This document shows, one piece after another, positions 29,252 through 38,849 of a stretch of DNA of 64,000 bases; position 1 is the first letter of the stretch; every line of letters begins with the position of its first letter. The notes beneath the pieces are model-generated. The model worked only from the letters and a program-made list of their open reading frames with translations. It made no database searches and was not told where the DNA came from. The DNA lies in the NCBI GenBank assembly GCA_963807605.1, contig CAWECG010000001.1, positions 1 to 64,000 on the forward strand, written 5' to 3'. This stretch comes from Candidatus Bathyarchaeota archaeon. GTDB lineage: Archaea > Thermoproteota > Bathyarchaeia > 40CM-2-53-6 > RBG-13-38-9. The position numbers were made by a program, and so were the translations under genes.

Positions 29252-29632
29252 ATGATGCCGCTTGAATTTCTGATACCTGCGGGCGTCGGCGTCGCCGCGA
29301 TAATCATCGCCGTCTCAGTCGCACTCTACCGGAACGATGCTGGTCAAGAGCGGATGACCTCGACGGTGGATCCCTTCGTCGGAACAGCCGCCATACTTCT
29401 CATAGTGATCGGGGCTATCGGGCTTTTCGGTGCCGCCTATCTCATGCCCGACTATCTTGGACAAGCGATGACCTTCGCCCAGTTCTGCCTTAACACGGCC
29501 CTTGGAATGCTGGGCATAACCCTCTACATGAAGTTCGCGGCTGGAAGGCAATCAATCGCTGAGTTGGCGATGGCAGTCGAGAATCAGCAATCACAAATTA
29601 AGGCTCTCACGGAGATCGCCGAGGCGCGTTGA
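29252..29632 (+). CDS. Three-TM membrane protein (holin-like topology)
   Basis: Three hydrophobic helices and a coiled-coil C-terminal tail. Confidence 0.6.
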   Translation: MMPLEFLIPAGVGVAAIIIAVSVALYRNDAGQERMTSTVDPFVGTAAILLIVIGAIGLFGAAYLMPDYLGQAMTFAQFCLNTALGMLGITLYMKFAAGRQSIAELAMAVENQQSQIKALTEIAEAR

Positions 29633-29767
29633 ATGGACCCGGTCAGCATAGCCGCGCTTATCGTCGCCTTAATCGCTCTTATCTACGCCTCGCTTCTCGC
29701 CGTGCTCAGTTTTAGTTATGCTTACCTTTTGAACCGGAAGCTTCGCCGGTTGCTTCTTGGAGGATGA
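29633..29767 (+). CDS. 44 aa single-TM protein (not in the ORF track)
   Basis: MDPVSIAALIVALIALIYASLLAV...RKLRR. Confidence 0.6.
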   Translation: MDPVSIAALIVALIALIYASLLAVLSFSYAYLLNRKLRRLLLGG

Positions 29768-29851
29768 AGAAGTGCCCTGGAGAATACCAATCTTTCTCGC
29801 CGCCGTGCTTCTGGCCGGCTGGATGATTGATGGTTACGAGCGTGATAGTCG

Positions 29852-30388
29852 TTGAAGTTTACGTTCGACCGAATAATCCTCATCGACTTATGCCTCTTCG
29901 CCTTCCTCCAGATCGGCGGACAAATTGGATTCCTCAGCTTTCTCGCATACGGTCGCTGGCAGAACGCGTATGTGACGTGGGACTGGTTTGACCAGATAAC
30001 CCACCGCAGCGGGGCCCTCCTGCTCTGTATGCTCTTCATCAAGGTCTTTGAGATGCCCCAATTCATGAAGAAGCGGGGCTTCGACCGTTGGCTTGTCTGG
30101 GTGCCCTGCACGGCCGTTCTCTGCACCATGATCCTAGCGGTTCTCTACGAATTTCTTGAGTTGACGATAACGTGGCTTCACCTGATGCCTCCGACTGAAA
30201 TGTTTGCAACCTTGAGTAATTCGTTCTGGGTAGATGTGCCTCACGGCTTGGACGGTTCAGTCATGGCGTCTCTGTTCTACGTCGTTTTGGAGGAGCCGAG
30301 AATTGAAGAAGTCTCAAGCAATTCTACTGACGATAATTCTGCTTACTATCCCGGTCATCCCTTCGACAAGCGCCCTACATTCCGATAG
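29852..30388 (+). CDS. Multi-pass membrane protein
   Basis: About 4 TM helices; WFDQITH and YEFLE motifs. Confidence 0.6.
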   Translation: MKFTFDRIILIDLCLFAFLQIGGQIGFLSFLAYGRWQNAYVTWDWFDQITHRSGALLLCMLFIKVFEMPQFMKKRGFDRWLVWVPCTAVLCTMILAVLYEFLELTITWLHLMPPTEMFATLSNSFWVDVPHGLDGSVMASLFYVVLEEPRIEEVSSNSTDDNSAYYPGHPFDKRPTFR

Positions 30389-31286
30389 TCCAAAAGTAGG
30401 TAACCGAATAGGTAAAGCCGTAGCCTATCTCGTCAGCCACTTCAACCCCAAGGTCGGACTAATCTATGAGAGCGAGGATCCGGGAACGCATTGGCTCAAC
30501 CGTACTGAGTATCCTTCTTATCGCTGGAATTATTCTTCTACTTACTGGCTTTATTCTGACAATCTATTTGCCGAGTACGCTCTTGCGCCTTTTGCTCCGG
30601 ACACCTCGGACAAGATCAACCAGACCATTCAGCGATACCATCCTCCGCCCTCTGGCAAATTCGAAGCATGCTTCGGTCAACCAGTCGGGCCCGACCGACT
30701 CGCTCGTGATGTCATCCTCGCCACATCCAGAGACTTTGTGGTTCTTCTACGCCTCCACGATGGACCTGCTGGCAATCCCCGAATCCCTTATGCTGACTCA
30801 ATGATTTACCGAGCCCTCTCAGAGTATTGGCTTGGACATCTGGACGAGGCGCGAAGAATAGTCAAGCAAGTTCACGACATGTGGAACGGTTCCCTCCTTG
30901 TCGACTATGGAGTCACGCAAAAGATTCTTACGAGAGGCAACGCTCCTAGTGATCTCGGCTTCGGCCTCAATTTCAAAATCGCTCTACTCCTCTACGCCTC
31001 CCAGATTACCGGGGCCAACTTCTCAGACTTCTCACAAATCGAGGAATACTTATGGACGATGCAAAACCCCGACGGCGGGATCGCGAGTCTCAGCCAAAAC
31101 GGCAAACCATTGGGCTCGGCGAACTGCGAGACGACAAGTCTCACGCTACTGATCTACAATTCTGTTTTTATTTCACACTTGCAGCAGCGTGAGACTGCAG
31201 TTCCGGAAGTTCACTCACTCCACATAATAGCAGTGCTCATGGTAATCCCAATTCTAACATCAAAAATAAAAAGGTGTAGGAAATGA
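30303..31286 (+). CDS. Secreted helical-barrel-like protein with PEF-CTERM-like anchor (probable TTG start 30303)
   Basis: Signal peptide MKKSQAILLTIILL...; QNPDGG; C-terminal VPE-hydrophobic helix-KIKR. Confidence 0.65.
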   Translation: MKKSQAILLTIILLTIPVIPSTSALHSDSPKVGNRIGKAVAYLVSHFNPKVGLIYESEDPGTHWLNRTEYPSYRWNYSSTYWLYSDNLFAEYALAPFAPDTSDKINQTIQRYHPPPSGKFEACFGQPVGPDRLARDVILATSRDFVVLLRLHDGPAGNPRIPYADSMIYRALSEYWLGHLDEARRIVKQVHDMWNGSLLVDYGVTQKILTRGNAPSDLGFGLNFKIALLLYASQITGANFSDFSQIEEYLWTMQNPDGGIASLSQNGKPLGSANCETTSLTLLIYNSVFISHLQQRETAVPEVHSLHIIAVLMVIPILTSKIKRCRK

Positions 31287-31627
31287 ATGGAAAAACTAAC
31301 AGCACCGGCTACAAGTTAGGCGAGCTCACCGCTGAGATGAAAGCAATGAACAACAGCATCACATCGCTGACCTCGAAGTTTGATAATTTTATGAATCAGT
31401 GTCAGCAGAACCGAACGGGTTGCCCGCCCGTCGTCCAGCTGCCCCAAATAGAGAAACGCCTCACGGACGTTGAGACATCCCTAGAGAGCACCGCGAAGGC
31501 GACTGTCGCTAAGAACCTGTCGAGGGCCAGCTACTTCAAACTGGCCGCGACGTCCGGCTCCATCGCGTCCGGCATAATACTCGCTACCTGGTACGGCTAC
31601 CAACTTTACATAGCAATTCACCACTAG
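31283..31627 (+). CDS. Coiled-coil protein with C-terminal TM helix
   Basis: Heptad N-terminus; hydrophobic C-terminus. Confidence 0.6.
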   Translation: MNGKTNSTGYKLGELTAEMKAMNNSITSLTSKFDNFMNQCQQNRTGCPPVVQLPQIEKRLTDVETSLESTAKATVAKNLSRASYFKLAATSGSIASGIILATWYGYQLYIAIHH

Positions 31628-31639
31628 AGGCTGGGAAAT

Positions 31640-31867
31640 CTGATAGTTCTACTCACCCCAACAGTCATAGCCTACATCATAATCAGTCTCGGCATCGGCT
31701 TCTTCGTGGAGGCCGTCGCGAACATCATCTACTGGCTGGTAGTACACAACTTCAAGAACGACACATTCTGGAGCTTCATCCTCTTCATACTCTTCGAGAT
31801 AGGACGGGCACTCCGCGCCCTCGGCGGAATAATCCTCTTCATAGTCGGACTTAGATCGCTGCCATGA
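31640..31867 (+). CDS. Small membrane protein (CTG start, not in the ORF track)
   Basis: 75-codon hydrophobic frame filling the gap, with ATGA overlap to the next gene. Confidence 0.5.
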   Translation: MIVLLTPTVIAYIIISLGIGFFVEAVANIIYWLVVHNFKNDTFWSFILFILFEIGRALRALGGIILFIVGLRSLP

Positions 31868-32133
31868 AACCGAGAAGAATTGACTCAGAACCTTGGAGGG
31901 ATGAAACCTACATCAACAAGGACGAAATGTTTCACTGTATGAAATGCAGCGGACCCGTCGAGACCGGCGAACCCTACGCAAGCATCATCATAGACAGGCA
32001 TGTTCCCTTTGATTCCGCCAAGCAAGGACTCCCCTTCATAGCCGAATCTTACGTGACAACCGCGGAGCTCTGGTGCATGACCTGCTATCGTACTCGAGAG
32101 AAGAAACCTGACGAGGCTGAGTGTATAGCTTGA
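31864..32133 (+). CDS. Zn-ribbon protein
   Basis: CMKC...CMTC. Confidence 0.55.
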   Translation: MKPRRIDSEPWRDETYINKDEMFHCMKCSGPVETGEPYASIIIDRHVPFDSAKQGLPFIAESYVTTAELWCMTCYRTREKKPDEAECIA

Positions 32134-32335
32134 CCTGCCCCCGCTGCGGATCCCCAATGGCCCTCGTTGCTGACATCGTCGTCTGCACTCTCTGCCCGAT
32201 GGCGATCCCGAGGTTCCTGGTGGTTTGAGTCTCTGCGACACCTGCCATTACACCCGAGCCTACTGTCCCCGAGGCATAACGGCGGGTAAGGATGTGACGG
32301 TCTGCTACTACTATGAGAGAGAAGGCATACTTTGA

Positions 32336-32719
32336 ATGAGCACTCCAAATGAACCAGTGACCCGTGGTGCACCGAAGAATACTGGCGGTAGACCACAGCG
32401 TAAGCCAGTTCCTTGGCCTAAGAGATTCAAACTTGACACCAGAGACGACGCTAGGGCTTTTCACCGCAACTATATCAAGACGGTTTGGACTGAGAACCCG
32501 ATGGATAGTCGCGCCGCTGGATCCTTGAATATGGCTTTACGATTGCTCTATGAGCTGGAGGGGTGGATTCAGAAGGCTCCACTGCAGATTATTCAAGCTC
32601 AGACCGTTGTGAAGTTTAACGTTGAAGAGTTGAAGCAGAAACTTGACGCTTTCAGCCAGGAAGAACAGCGAGTCCTCGCTAGAGCAATTGCCAAACTTGA
32701 AGCTAGCACTAGCACATAA
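32336..32719 (+). CDS. Probable terminase small subunit
   Basis: GAPKNTGGRP motif; position directly upstream of TerL. Confidence 0.6.
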   Translation: MSTPNEPVTRGAPKNTGGRPQRKPVPWPKRFKLDTRDDARAFHRNYIKTVWTENPMDSRAAGSLNMALRLLYELEGWIQKAPLQIIQAQTVVKFNVEELKQKLDAFSQEEQRVLARAIAKLEASTST

Positions 32720-34010
32720 GGATCCCATTAGTTTAGCGTCGCTCTATGCTAAAACGAACCCTAGTCCCGGACAGACTAGATTCATGGAGGCTATCTGTTC
32801 CACAGCTCCAGAACACCGTCAAATAGTAGTGAAGACTTGCAGGAAAGGCGGCAAAACCATAAGCGTCGCAGTTGCATTCGCCAGCCTATTCCTCACAGAA
32901 CCCACCATCAGGATCTTTCACCTATCTGGTAGCTATCTTCAAGCCTCAAGACTCTACGATTACTTCAAGCCAATAGTTGTCAATGAAGAACTCTTTCCAG
33001 ATGCTCTCGAGTCAGAGCCAACAAGATACTTTACCAGATTCAAGAAAGGCGGCTGCCTAGAAGTAGCAACCGCCAGCGCAAAGAGCATCCGAGGCGGAGA
33101 CTATGACATTCTCAGCATCGACGAAGCCGTTCTGGTTCCTCCACCCTTGATTGATGCGGCTTGGGCACTGCCACGTGCCTCTAAACGTCCAAAGAGAATA
33201 ATCACTAGCACCGCCAGCCCCGAGGTCAACCTTGAATGGTTCCTCCGGCTTTGGCAGCAAGCACAGCAATTAGGCTTCGAACCCTTTGAATGGCAACCTG
33301 AAGAATGCACTTGGCTCAACACCGACGATAATGCTCTCGCCAGAAAGATACTTGACAGCGTCACCTACGCAATTGAGTATGAGGGCAAGATTGGCGAGCG
33401 GAAAGGACTGGTCTGGAGCGGCAACCTAGTCAATGAGAAAGGCGAAGCCAAATCACTCATCGACAGTGCAATAGTGGATCCGCGAAGGGCAGAACAATAC
33501 CCCATCCCCCTGGCGCCTCCTGCAACCGAATGGTCATGTGGTCTCGACTGGGGATTCACACACCCCACCGTCCTCACAGTCTGGGAGAAACAGGGCGAAA
33601 CCGTCTATGCTCGTGACTGCAGAATATGGAGTGAGACGCGGTTCACAGAGATAATGCAGGAGATCAAGGAGGACTACGGCAACATTACAGTCAACGCTGA
33701 CTCCTCCAGTCCCGGTGAGATTGCGGAGTTGAAGAGTCTCGGCGTCACCGTCGTCCCCGTCATCTTCAGCAAGGAGAAGAGTGAGCTTATCAGTCATATT
33801 CGCTGGCGTCTCGAGAACAGGTTCCTGAAGATTCCAGACCCGGAAGTTGACAGCCGATTTTTCACTCTTGTTCAACAGATGAAAGCCTACCACTACGATG
33901 CCAGCGGTAAGCCGGCCAAGGTAAACGACGACGCTGTTGACTCAATGATTTGTGGAATGAAATTCTTTCTGCATCCACCAGTGATGCCGTTTGAGGCGAA
34001 AATCTTCTAA
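32643..34010 (+). CDS. terL: Terminase large subunit
   Basis: CRKGGKT Walker A, SIDEA Walker B, GLDWGFTHP, ADSS, NDDAVDS nuclease motifs. Confidence 0.92.
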   Translation: MTLSARKNSESSLEQLPNLKLALAHKDPISLASLYAKTNPSPGQTRFMEAICSTAPEHRQIVVKTCRKGGKTISVAVAFASLFLTEPTIRIFHLSGSYLQASRLYDYFKPIVVNEELFPDALESEPTRYFTRFKKGGCLEVATASAKSIRGGDYDILSIDEAVLVPPPLIDAAWALPRASKRPKRIITSTASPEVNLEWFLRLWQQAQQLGFEPFEWQPEECTWLNTDDNALARKILDSVTYAIEYEGKIGERKGLVWSGNLVNEKGEAKSLIDSAIVDPRRAEQYPIPLAPPATEWSCGLDWGFTHPTVLTVWEKQGETVYARDCRIWSETRFTEIMQEIKEDYGNITVNADSSSPGEIAELKSLGVTVVPVIFSKEKSELISHIRWRLENRFLKIPDPEVDSRFFTLVQQMKAYHYDASGKPAKVNDDAVDSMICGMKFFLHPPVMPFEAKIF

Positions 34011-34013
34011 GGT

Positions 34014-35789
34014 TTGAGAATAATGCCACACTGGCCTACACTATTCAACCGGACCAAGCAGGCAATCATAGAAGTTCCACCATCACCATCGCCAATTCAA
34101 CTCTATGAGGGACATGTCTGGGGAACAGCGCCAGATGATGAGACACCATTTAAAGGCATCAACTACTCCGTAACAGTTGACCAGACTGGTAAAGTACGAC
34201 CCGGCGCAATGTCGCGAACCCAGGTCTGGAAGCAGAACGATAAAATCTTTGAGATGCGCAGCGAAGTCAGCAGCGCCTTCATGGCCCTCGCCGGCTACGT
34301 CATCGCAAGAGGCTTCGTCACAGTTGCAACAGATCCAAAGGATCCCACTGCTATTAATGCTAAGGACATTTGTGACAAGTACACGCAGGATATTGGATTA
34401 GACCAGATAATCTATGAAGGCACCATGGACCTGGCGAAGCACGGCAACCTCTTCCTTGAGAACAAGATAGTTACCGGTAAACTCTTGGACACCCGACTCT
34501 TTCCCTGGCAGGACGCAATGGAGCCCGCGACTCTGACAGCTGACGGTGAGATTGCGACCTGGCGACAATATGTACCCGGCAAGCAATCCATCGAGTTTGA
34601 ACCTGAAGAAATAGTACACATAAGGCTTCCACCCTTGGATGAGCAACGATTCGGCACCCCACTGCTTCAATCCGTCAAGAAAGTGTTGGCTACAAATGAC
34701 CAGTTGGAAACCGACGTCGGAGCCTACATGCATGGATCCGCCTTTCCAAAGGAAATATTCAGTTTGAGCAGTCCACAGCCTGAGCGGGAACTCTCTGTTA
34801 ACAGTGTTCAACTAGCTTATGCCCGTCTTCGACAGTGGAATCCCGGCGACAAATTCGTCACCGACATGAATGTGAACTATCAAACAGCGGGAGTTGGCAG
34901 ATTTGAAAGTCGCCTGATACCCAGTTTCGTCAGCGATAACGCGGATAAGTGTGTTAGCGGCCTCATAATGCCAACCACATCGTACCTGCGAAGTGCAACT
35001 GAAGCCTCCGCCGCCACCATGGAGGATCATGCGAATCGTGCGCTTATAATGCCTATTCAGCGGATTTGGAAGCGCAAGATTGAGCTTGAAATGTTCAAGC
35101 CTCTCCTAGTCGGCGAAGGCATAGACGAGAAATATGTTCCCCAAATTGTTTTTGGATTACCAACAGAAGAGGAAGTCGCAAGTAAAACAGTGAGGATCAT
35201 CAGCATGTACACAGCTGGACTCCAGCAAGGCCAGCCGGGACTGCTTGACCGAGCGGAGTGTCGCGGCCTCTTAGACATTGCAGACCCTGAGAAACCACCT
35301 GAACCAATGCCGGCAACACAGCCGGGAAAAACAGGTTTGAACGCACCCACGCCCGCGGAACCAGTGACACCTCCTGAAGATGAAGGTGAACCTGCGGAAC
35401 CTGAAACTGAGAATGATGATGAGACGCCGGAGAAGAGACCGGGGTTAACTCCAACATTGCCGAAGACTCCTGATAGTGAGGAGCCTGAACAGGAAGAAAA
35501 ACCCGTGAAGGGTAGGCCTCACATCAATAAGCTTCATGAACGAAGCAAGTTGTGGACTGACCAACTGCAACAGGTAGTTAAGAATTACATGGAGAAGAAG
35601 GTCAATGAGAAAGAAGCCCGCAGTCAAGCAGTCACAGTCATTAATGTTCACTGTGAGCAGGTTGGAAAGATTGCTCTTGAACGATTGAAGACTACGAGTC
35701 TACCGCCGGAGACTGTTAGCCAGATTGAACGTTTGAAGCAGCAGGCTCTTCGAGACTTCGAGAAGATACTGAAGGATGTTAAAACTTGA
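34014..35789 (+). CDS. Portal protein with Pro/Glu-rich C-terminal extension
   Basis: Follows TerL; HGNLFLE, EEIVHIRL, FGTPLL. Confidence 0.85.
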   Translation: MRIMPHWPTLFNRTKQAIIEVPPSPSPIQLYEGHVWGTAPDDETPFKGINYSVTVDQTGKVRPGAMSRTQVWKQNDKIFEMRSEVSSAFMALAGYVIARGFVTVATDPKDPTAINAKDICDKYTQDIGLDQIIYEGTMDLAKHGNLFLENKIVTGKLLDTRLFPWQDAMEPATLTADGEIATWRQYVPGKQSIEFEPEEIVHIRLPPLDEQRFGTPLLQSVKKVLATNDQLETDVGAYMHGSAFPKEIFSLSSPQPERELSVNSVQLAYARLRQWNPGDKFVTDMNVNYQTAGVGRFESRLIPSFVSDNADKCVSGLIMPTTSYLRSATEASAATMEDHANRALIMPIQRIWKRKIELEMFKPLLVGEGIDEKYVPQIVFGLPTEEEVASKTVRIISMYTAGLQQGQPGLLDRAECRGLLDIADPEKPPEPMPATQPGKTGLNAPTPAEPVTPPEDEGEPAEPETENDDETPEKRPGLTPTLPKTPDSEEPEQEEKPVKGRPHINKLHERSKLWTDQLQQVVKNYMEKKVNEKEARSQAVTVINVHCEQVGKIALERLKTTSLPPETVSQIERLKQQALRDFEKILKDVKT

Positions 35790-36076
35790 GCCTGCAGGTT
35801 CAGGAAGCCTTCTGGACAAGCATGGAAGGCATTCTACAACGCATAGCCCTACTCGCTAAGAATTATGCTTGGCAGATTTACGGCATAATCATAGGCAATC
35901 ATGCAGAGCAGCTCATCTGGCGTACTAATCCTGAAATGAGCAAGAGCGGCCCATGCGATTTTTGCATAGACCTAGAGGCTGGCTCACCCTACAAGAAAGG
36001 TGAGGAACCCGATTATCCTGCACATCCAGACTGTTGCTGTGATCTGGATCTGGTTGAGGCTAACGAAGAACCATAA
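35786..36076 (+). CDS. Minor head morphogenesis protein (SPP1 gp7/MuF-like C-terminal domain)
   Basis: CDFC...PAHPDCCC. Confidence 0.65.
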   Translation: MSLQVQEAFWTSMEGILQRIALLAKNYAWQIYGIIIGNHAEQLIWRTNPEMSKSGPCDFCIDLEAGSPYKKGEEPDYPAHPDCCCDLDLVEANEEP

Positions 36077-36084
36077 CAAAATAG

Positions 36085-36495
36085 ATGCGTGTTATCATGA
36101 ATAATCGTTTCTTGATAGTGGCAGTTCTGCTCGGAGTCATCTTAGGATCCCCAGTCGGCTACTACTTCGCAGTCTGCGGCGAATACAACCTCACACATGA
36201 AAATACCCAATTCAACAGTACCATAAGAATCCACATAGTGGTTAAGGATGCTTTCGGATTCAGGCGAGTCAACTTCAACATGGTCTGCCAAGTTGAAAGC
36301 ATCATGTACTTTCCAACCTACAGCATACACGCATATTCCATGGCGCCCTGCCAAATCCAGATGGGACAGGCGTATCTTGTCTGGGTCTTCACAGTTGACT
36401 ATACGCTTACCGTTCGCTTCACATCAGCGCTCGGTAACTTCACTGAGACGTTTCATGTAGGCAATGAGACGGCGACACCAAGTCAAGCTGCCTAG
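36085..36495 (+). CDS. Hypothetical membrane-anchored protein
   Basis: N-terminal TM helix and beta-rich domain. Confidence 0.55.
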   Translation: MRVIMNNRFLIVAVLLGVILGSPVGYYFAVCGEYNLTHENTQFNSTIRIHIVVKDAFGFRRVNFNMVCQVESIMYFPTYSIHAYSMAPCQIQMGQAYLVWVFTVDYTLTVRFTSALGNFTETFHVGNETATPSQAA

Positions 36496-36526
36496 TTTTC
36501 TAATCACTCAAGGAGGGTGATGCAAT

Positions 36527-36817
36527 ATGAATTATGGAGAGTTCAAGAAACGTGATCCCGCCCTAGCAAACGCTGTGGCGGAGCTAGTTGGAAACTACAG
36601 CCCCGACTATTATCGAGGTTTCATCCGAGCTGTCAATATCGTTCAGGGCGACCGAGCATCCAACATTGATCGTTCTGAGGAGTACAAGGCTTACTGCAAA
36701 TTCAAGATTGGAGAACCCGGGGAAGTACAAATCAAAGACATGGTAGTCCAAGAACCAGAGATGCCGGAATTCTACGCGCCACAAAAGAGGAAACGAAAGT
36801 ATGTCGCAGAAGCTTGA
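36527..36817 (+). CDS. Hypothetical viral protein
   Basis: GGTGA RBS. Confidence 0.6.
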   Translation: MNYGEFKKRDPALANAVAELVGNYSPDYYRGFIRAVNIVQGDRASNIDRSEEYKAYCKFKIGEPGEVQIKDMVVQEPEMPEFYAPQKRKRKYVAEA

Positions 36818-38561
36818 AGTCAAGGAATCCTTCGAGTGGGCAGGGCCAATAAGCCTCTACAAGACTGAGAATGACGGTGCAAGAATCTATAAGGGCCGTG
36901 CTATTAGCGCCCGAATAAGCGGCAACAAAGTCAAATATGCTCCTGAAGAATTAAAATCAGCAGCAAAAAGCCTTGCCGACCATCCCCTAAACATCAACCA
37001 TAAAATTCCATTACCCTTCGACTCTACTAGGCAAACCATTGATAATCGCACATTAGACTCAGACTATAATCCTAAAACAAAAGCAGTCGAAGTCATCTAT
37101 CGTGTGGTTGATAAAAAAACAAACGACCTCTACGATCAGGGGAAAATCAATCACCTTAGCATCGAAGGAGCCGCACGAGATAAGCAGCCAAGCACAGGCG
37201 GATCTGAGGAAGCACAGGGATTACACTTCAATGGTCTAGCCTTAGTCACAAAAGATGTAACACCGGGGGACCCGACGACAAACATCAGTCTATGGGAGAC
37301 TGTTCAATTCTACGAGACTACCGTCGACCGGTTGCTAGGTGAACGGCCCGACCTTGCAGCCGCTACTAACGAGGAAGGCAAGACCCTTAGCCAAATGCTT
37401 AAGGATGCTCAAGTTGTCGCCGTCTGCAAGTGTGGCACCGAGTTTGATCCCACGTTAAAGGCTTGTCCCAAATGTAACGAACACTTCGAAGTGAAAGGCA
37501 AGCTAGTCTTACGATCACCAGATAACGAGGTGAAAAAAGATATGAGTAATAAAGTAGAAACTCCAAAATCAACCGAGAAAGTTGAGGAAGCAGGCTGGGG
37601 CGCCGCAGACTGGCCCAACTCCTGCTTCGCCTACGTTCCTAAAGACGGTAATCCAAGCGACCGTAAACTGCCCTACAAGAACAAGGATGGATCCGTAGAC
37701 ATACCCCATGTGAGAAACGCGTTGGCTCGTCTAGACCAGACTCAAGGCATCCCACCTGCCGAGAAAGAGGAGATTCGAACAATGCTGCAGAATCTCCTCA
37801 AGAAAGACAATCCAGACTATGAACCCTCAGAGAATAAAGCCCGCGTTGTAGCAGCTAAGGAAGAGAAGGATCCCCACATCGAGATCCCAGCGGTGTATGA
37901 TGGAATTGCGGGAGCGATGCATGAGAAGAAGATCGCGCCTGAAGTCTATCAAGAACTCAAACGCATCGCGACTAACAGCATCAACAAGGCCCAAGACCTA
38001 GACAGCAAGATCAATATTATTCGAGACCTGCAGAACAGTCAGATCGCTGAGATCAGTAAAGAAGTTGCCAAGGCAAACGAGGAACTCAAGAAGGTCGCAG
38101 CTTCAGCATCAACGAAGGCTGAAGTTATGGATGCCGTAACCAAGGTCGACGTTAAACTCAGCGGCGAACTAACTGAGACTAAGGAGCAGGTTCAAAAGCG
38201 TATCGAAGCAGGCGAGCTAGACAAGAAAGCAACGGAGACACAAGTAAAAAGCTTCAGCGAAACCATCACAGCACTCGGCCAGCGACTCGAAGCCTTCACG
38301 AAGAAGGTTGATGAAACCATGGAGAACATTCGCAAGGGCATGGAATCCTTCGATAAACGTGTTGACGGTGCAGTGAAGATAGCTGAGACAGTTAAGGAGA
38401 CTATTGAAAGCCGCAAGGCACTCAAGACTATACCGTTCAAAGGCACACACCCCGACGCATTGAAAGAAACTGTTGAAGCACCAGCAACACCGAAGACCGA
38501 GTCAACAGTTGACGAGGCTATTCAGGAAGCATGGACCAACAAGCTCAAGAAGAGACTGTAA
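36801..38561 (+). CDS. Prohead protease-scaffold fusion
   Basis: PLNINH...HLSIEG...GLALVT..PGDP protease-like N-terminus; CKC/CPKC; long coiled-coil C-terminus. Confidence 0.75.
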   Translation: MSQKLEVKESFEWAGPISLYKTENDGARIYKGRAISARISGNKVKYAPEELKSAAKSLADHPLNINHKIPLPFDSTRQTIDNRTLDSDYNPKTKAVEVIYRVVDKKTNDLYDQGKINHLSIEGAARDKQPSTGGSEEAQGLHFNGLALVTKDVTPGDPTTNISLWETVQFYETTVDRLLGERPDLAAATNEEGKTLSQMLKDAQVVAVCKCGTEFDPTLKACPKCNEHFEVKGKLVLRSPDNEVKKDMSNKVETPKSTEKVEEAGWGAADWPNSCFAYVPKDGNPSDRKLPYKNKDGSVDIPHVRNALARLDQTQGIPPAEKEEIRTMLQNLLKKDNPDYEPSENKARVVAAKEEKDPHIEIPAVYDGIAGAMHEKKIAPEVYQELKRIATNSINKAQDLDSKINIIRDLQNSQIAEISKEVAKANEELKKVAASASTKAEVMDAVTKVDVKLSGELTETKEQVQKRIEAGELDKKATETQVKSFSETITALGQRLEAFTKKVDETMENIRKGMESFDKRVDGAVKIAETVKETIESRKALKTIPFKGTHPDALKETVEAPATPKTESTVDEAIQEAWTNKLKKRL

Positions 38562-38842
38562 ACTGGACTAAGGAATACTATTACGTTGACGAAGTCAGCG
38601 ACATCAGCTTCCACGACGACTACGTTGAACTACACTTGAAAAGACGAAGCGGACACATCTTCATAGGACACCCCATCACCCTACCCCAACTCGCAGCCAG
38701 CAAAGAAATCCTAAAGGGCGACTGGGTCCGAGTTGACTTCATACAGAACGGCTACAGCGCTATTGGAGTTCACCGACTTTTAGAGCTCCGGAAGGCAACA
38801 CTTGAAGACTTAGACATTGCGGCTAAGCAAGGCGAATTATAG
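38531..38842 (+). CDS. Hypothetical viral protein
   Basis: ORF followed by a T7 run. Confidence 0.5.
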   Translation: MDQQAQEETVNWTKEYYYVDEVSDISFHDDYVELHLKRRSGHIFIGHPITLPQLAASKEILKGDWVRVDFIQNGYSAIGVHRLLELRKATLEDLDIAAKQGEL

Positions 38843-38849
38843 TTTTTTT
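38843..38849 (+). terminator. Oligo-T archaeal terminator candidate
   Basis: T7 directly after the stop codon. Confidence 0.45.
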
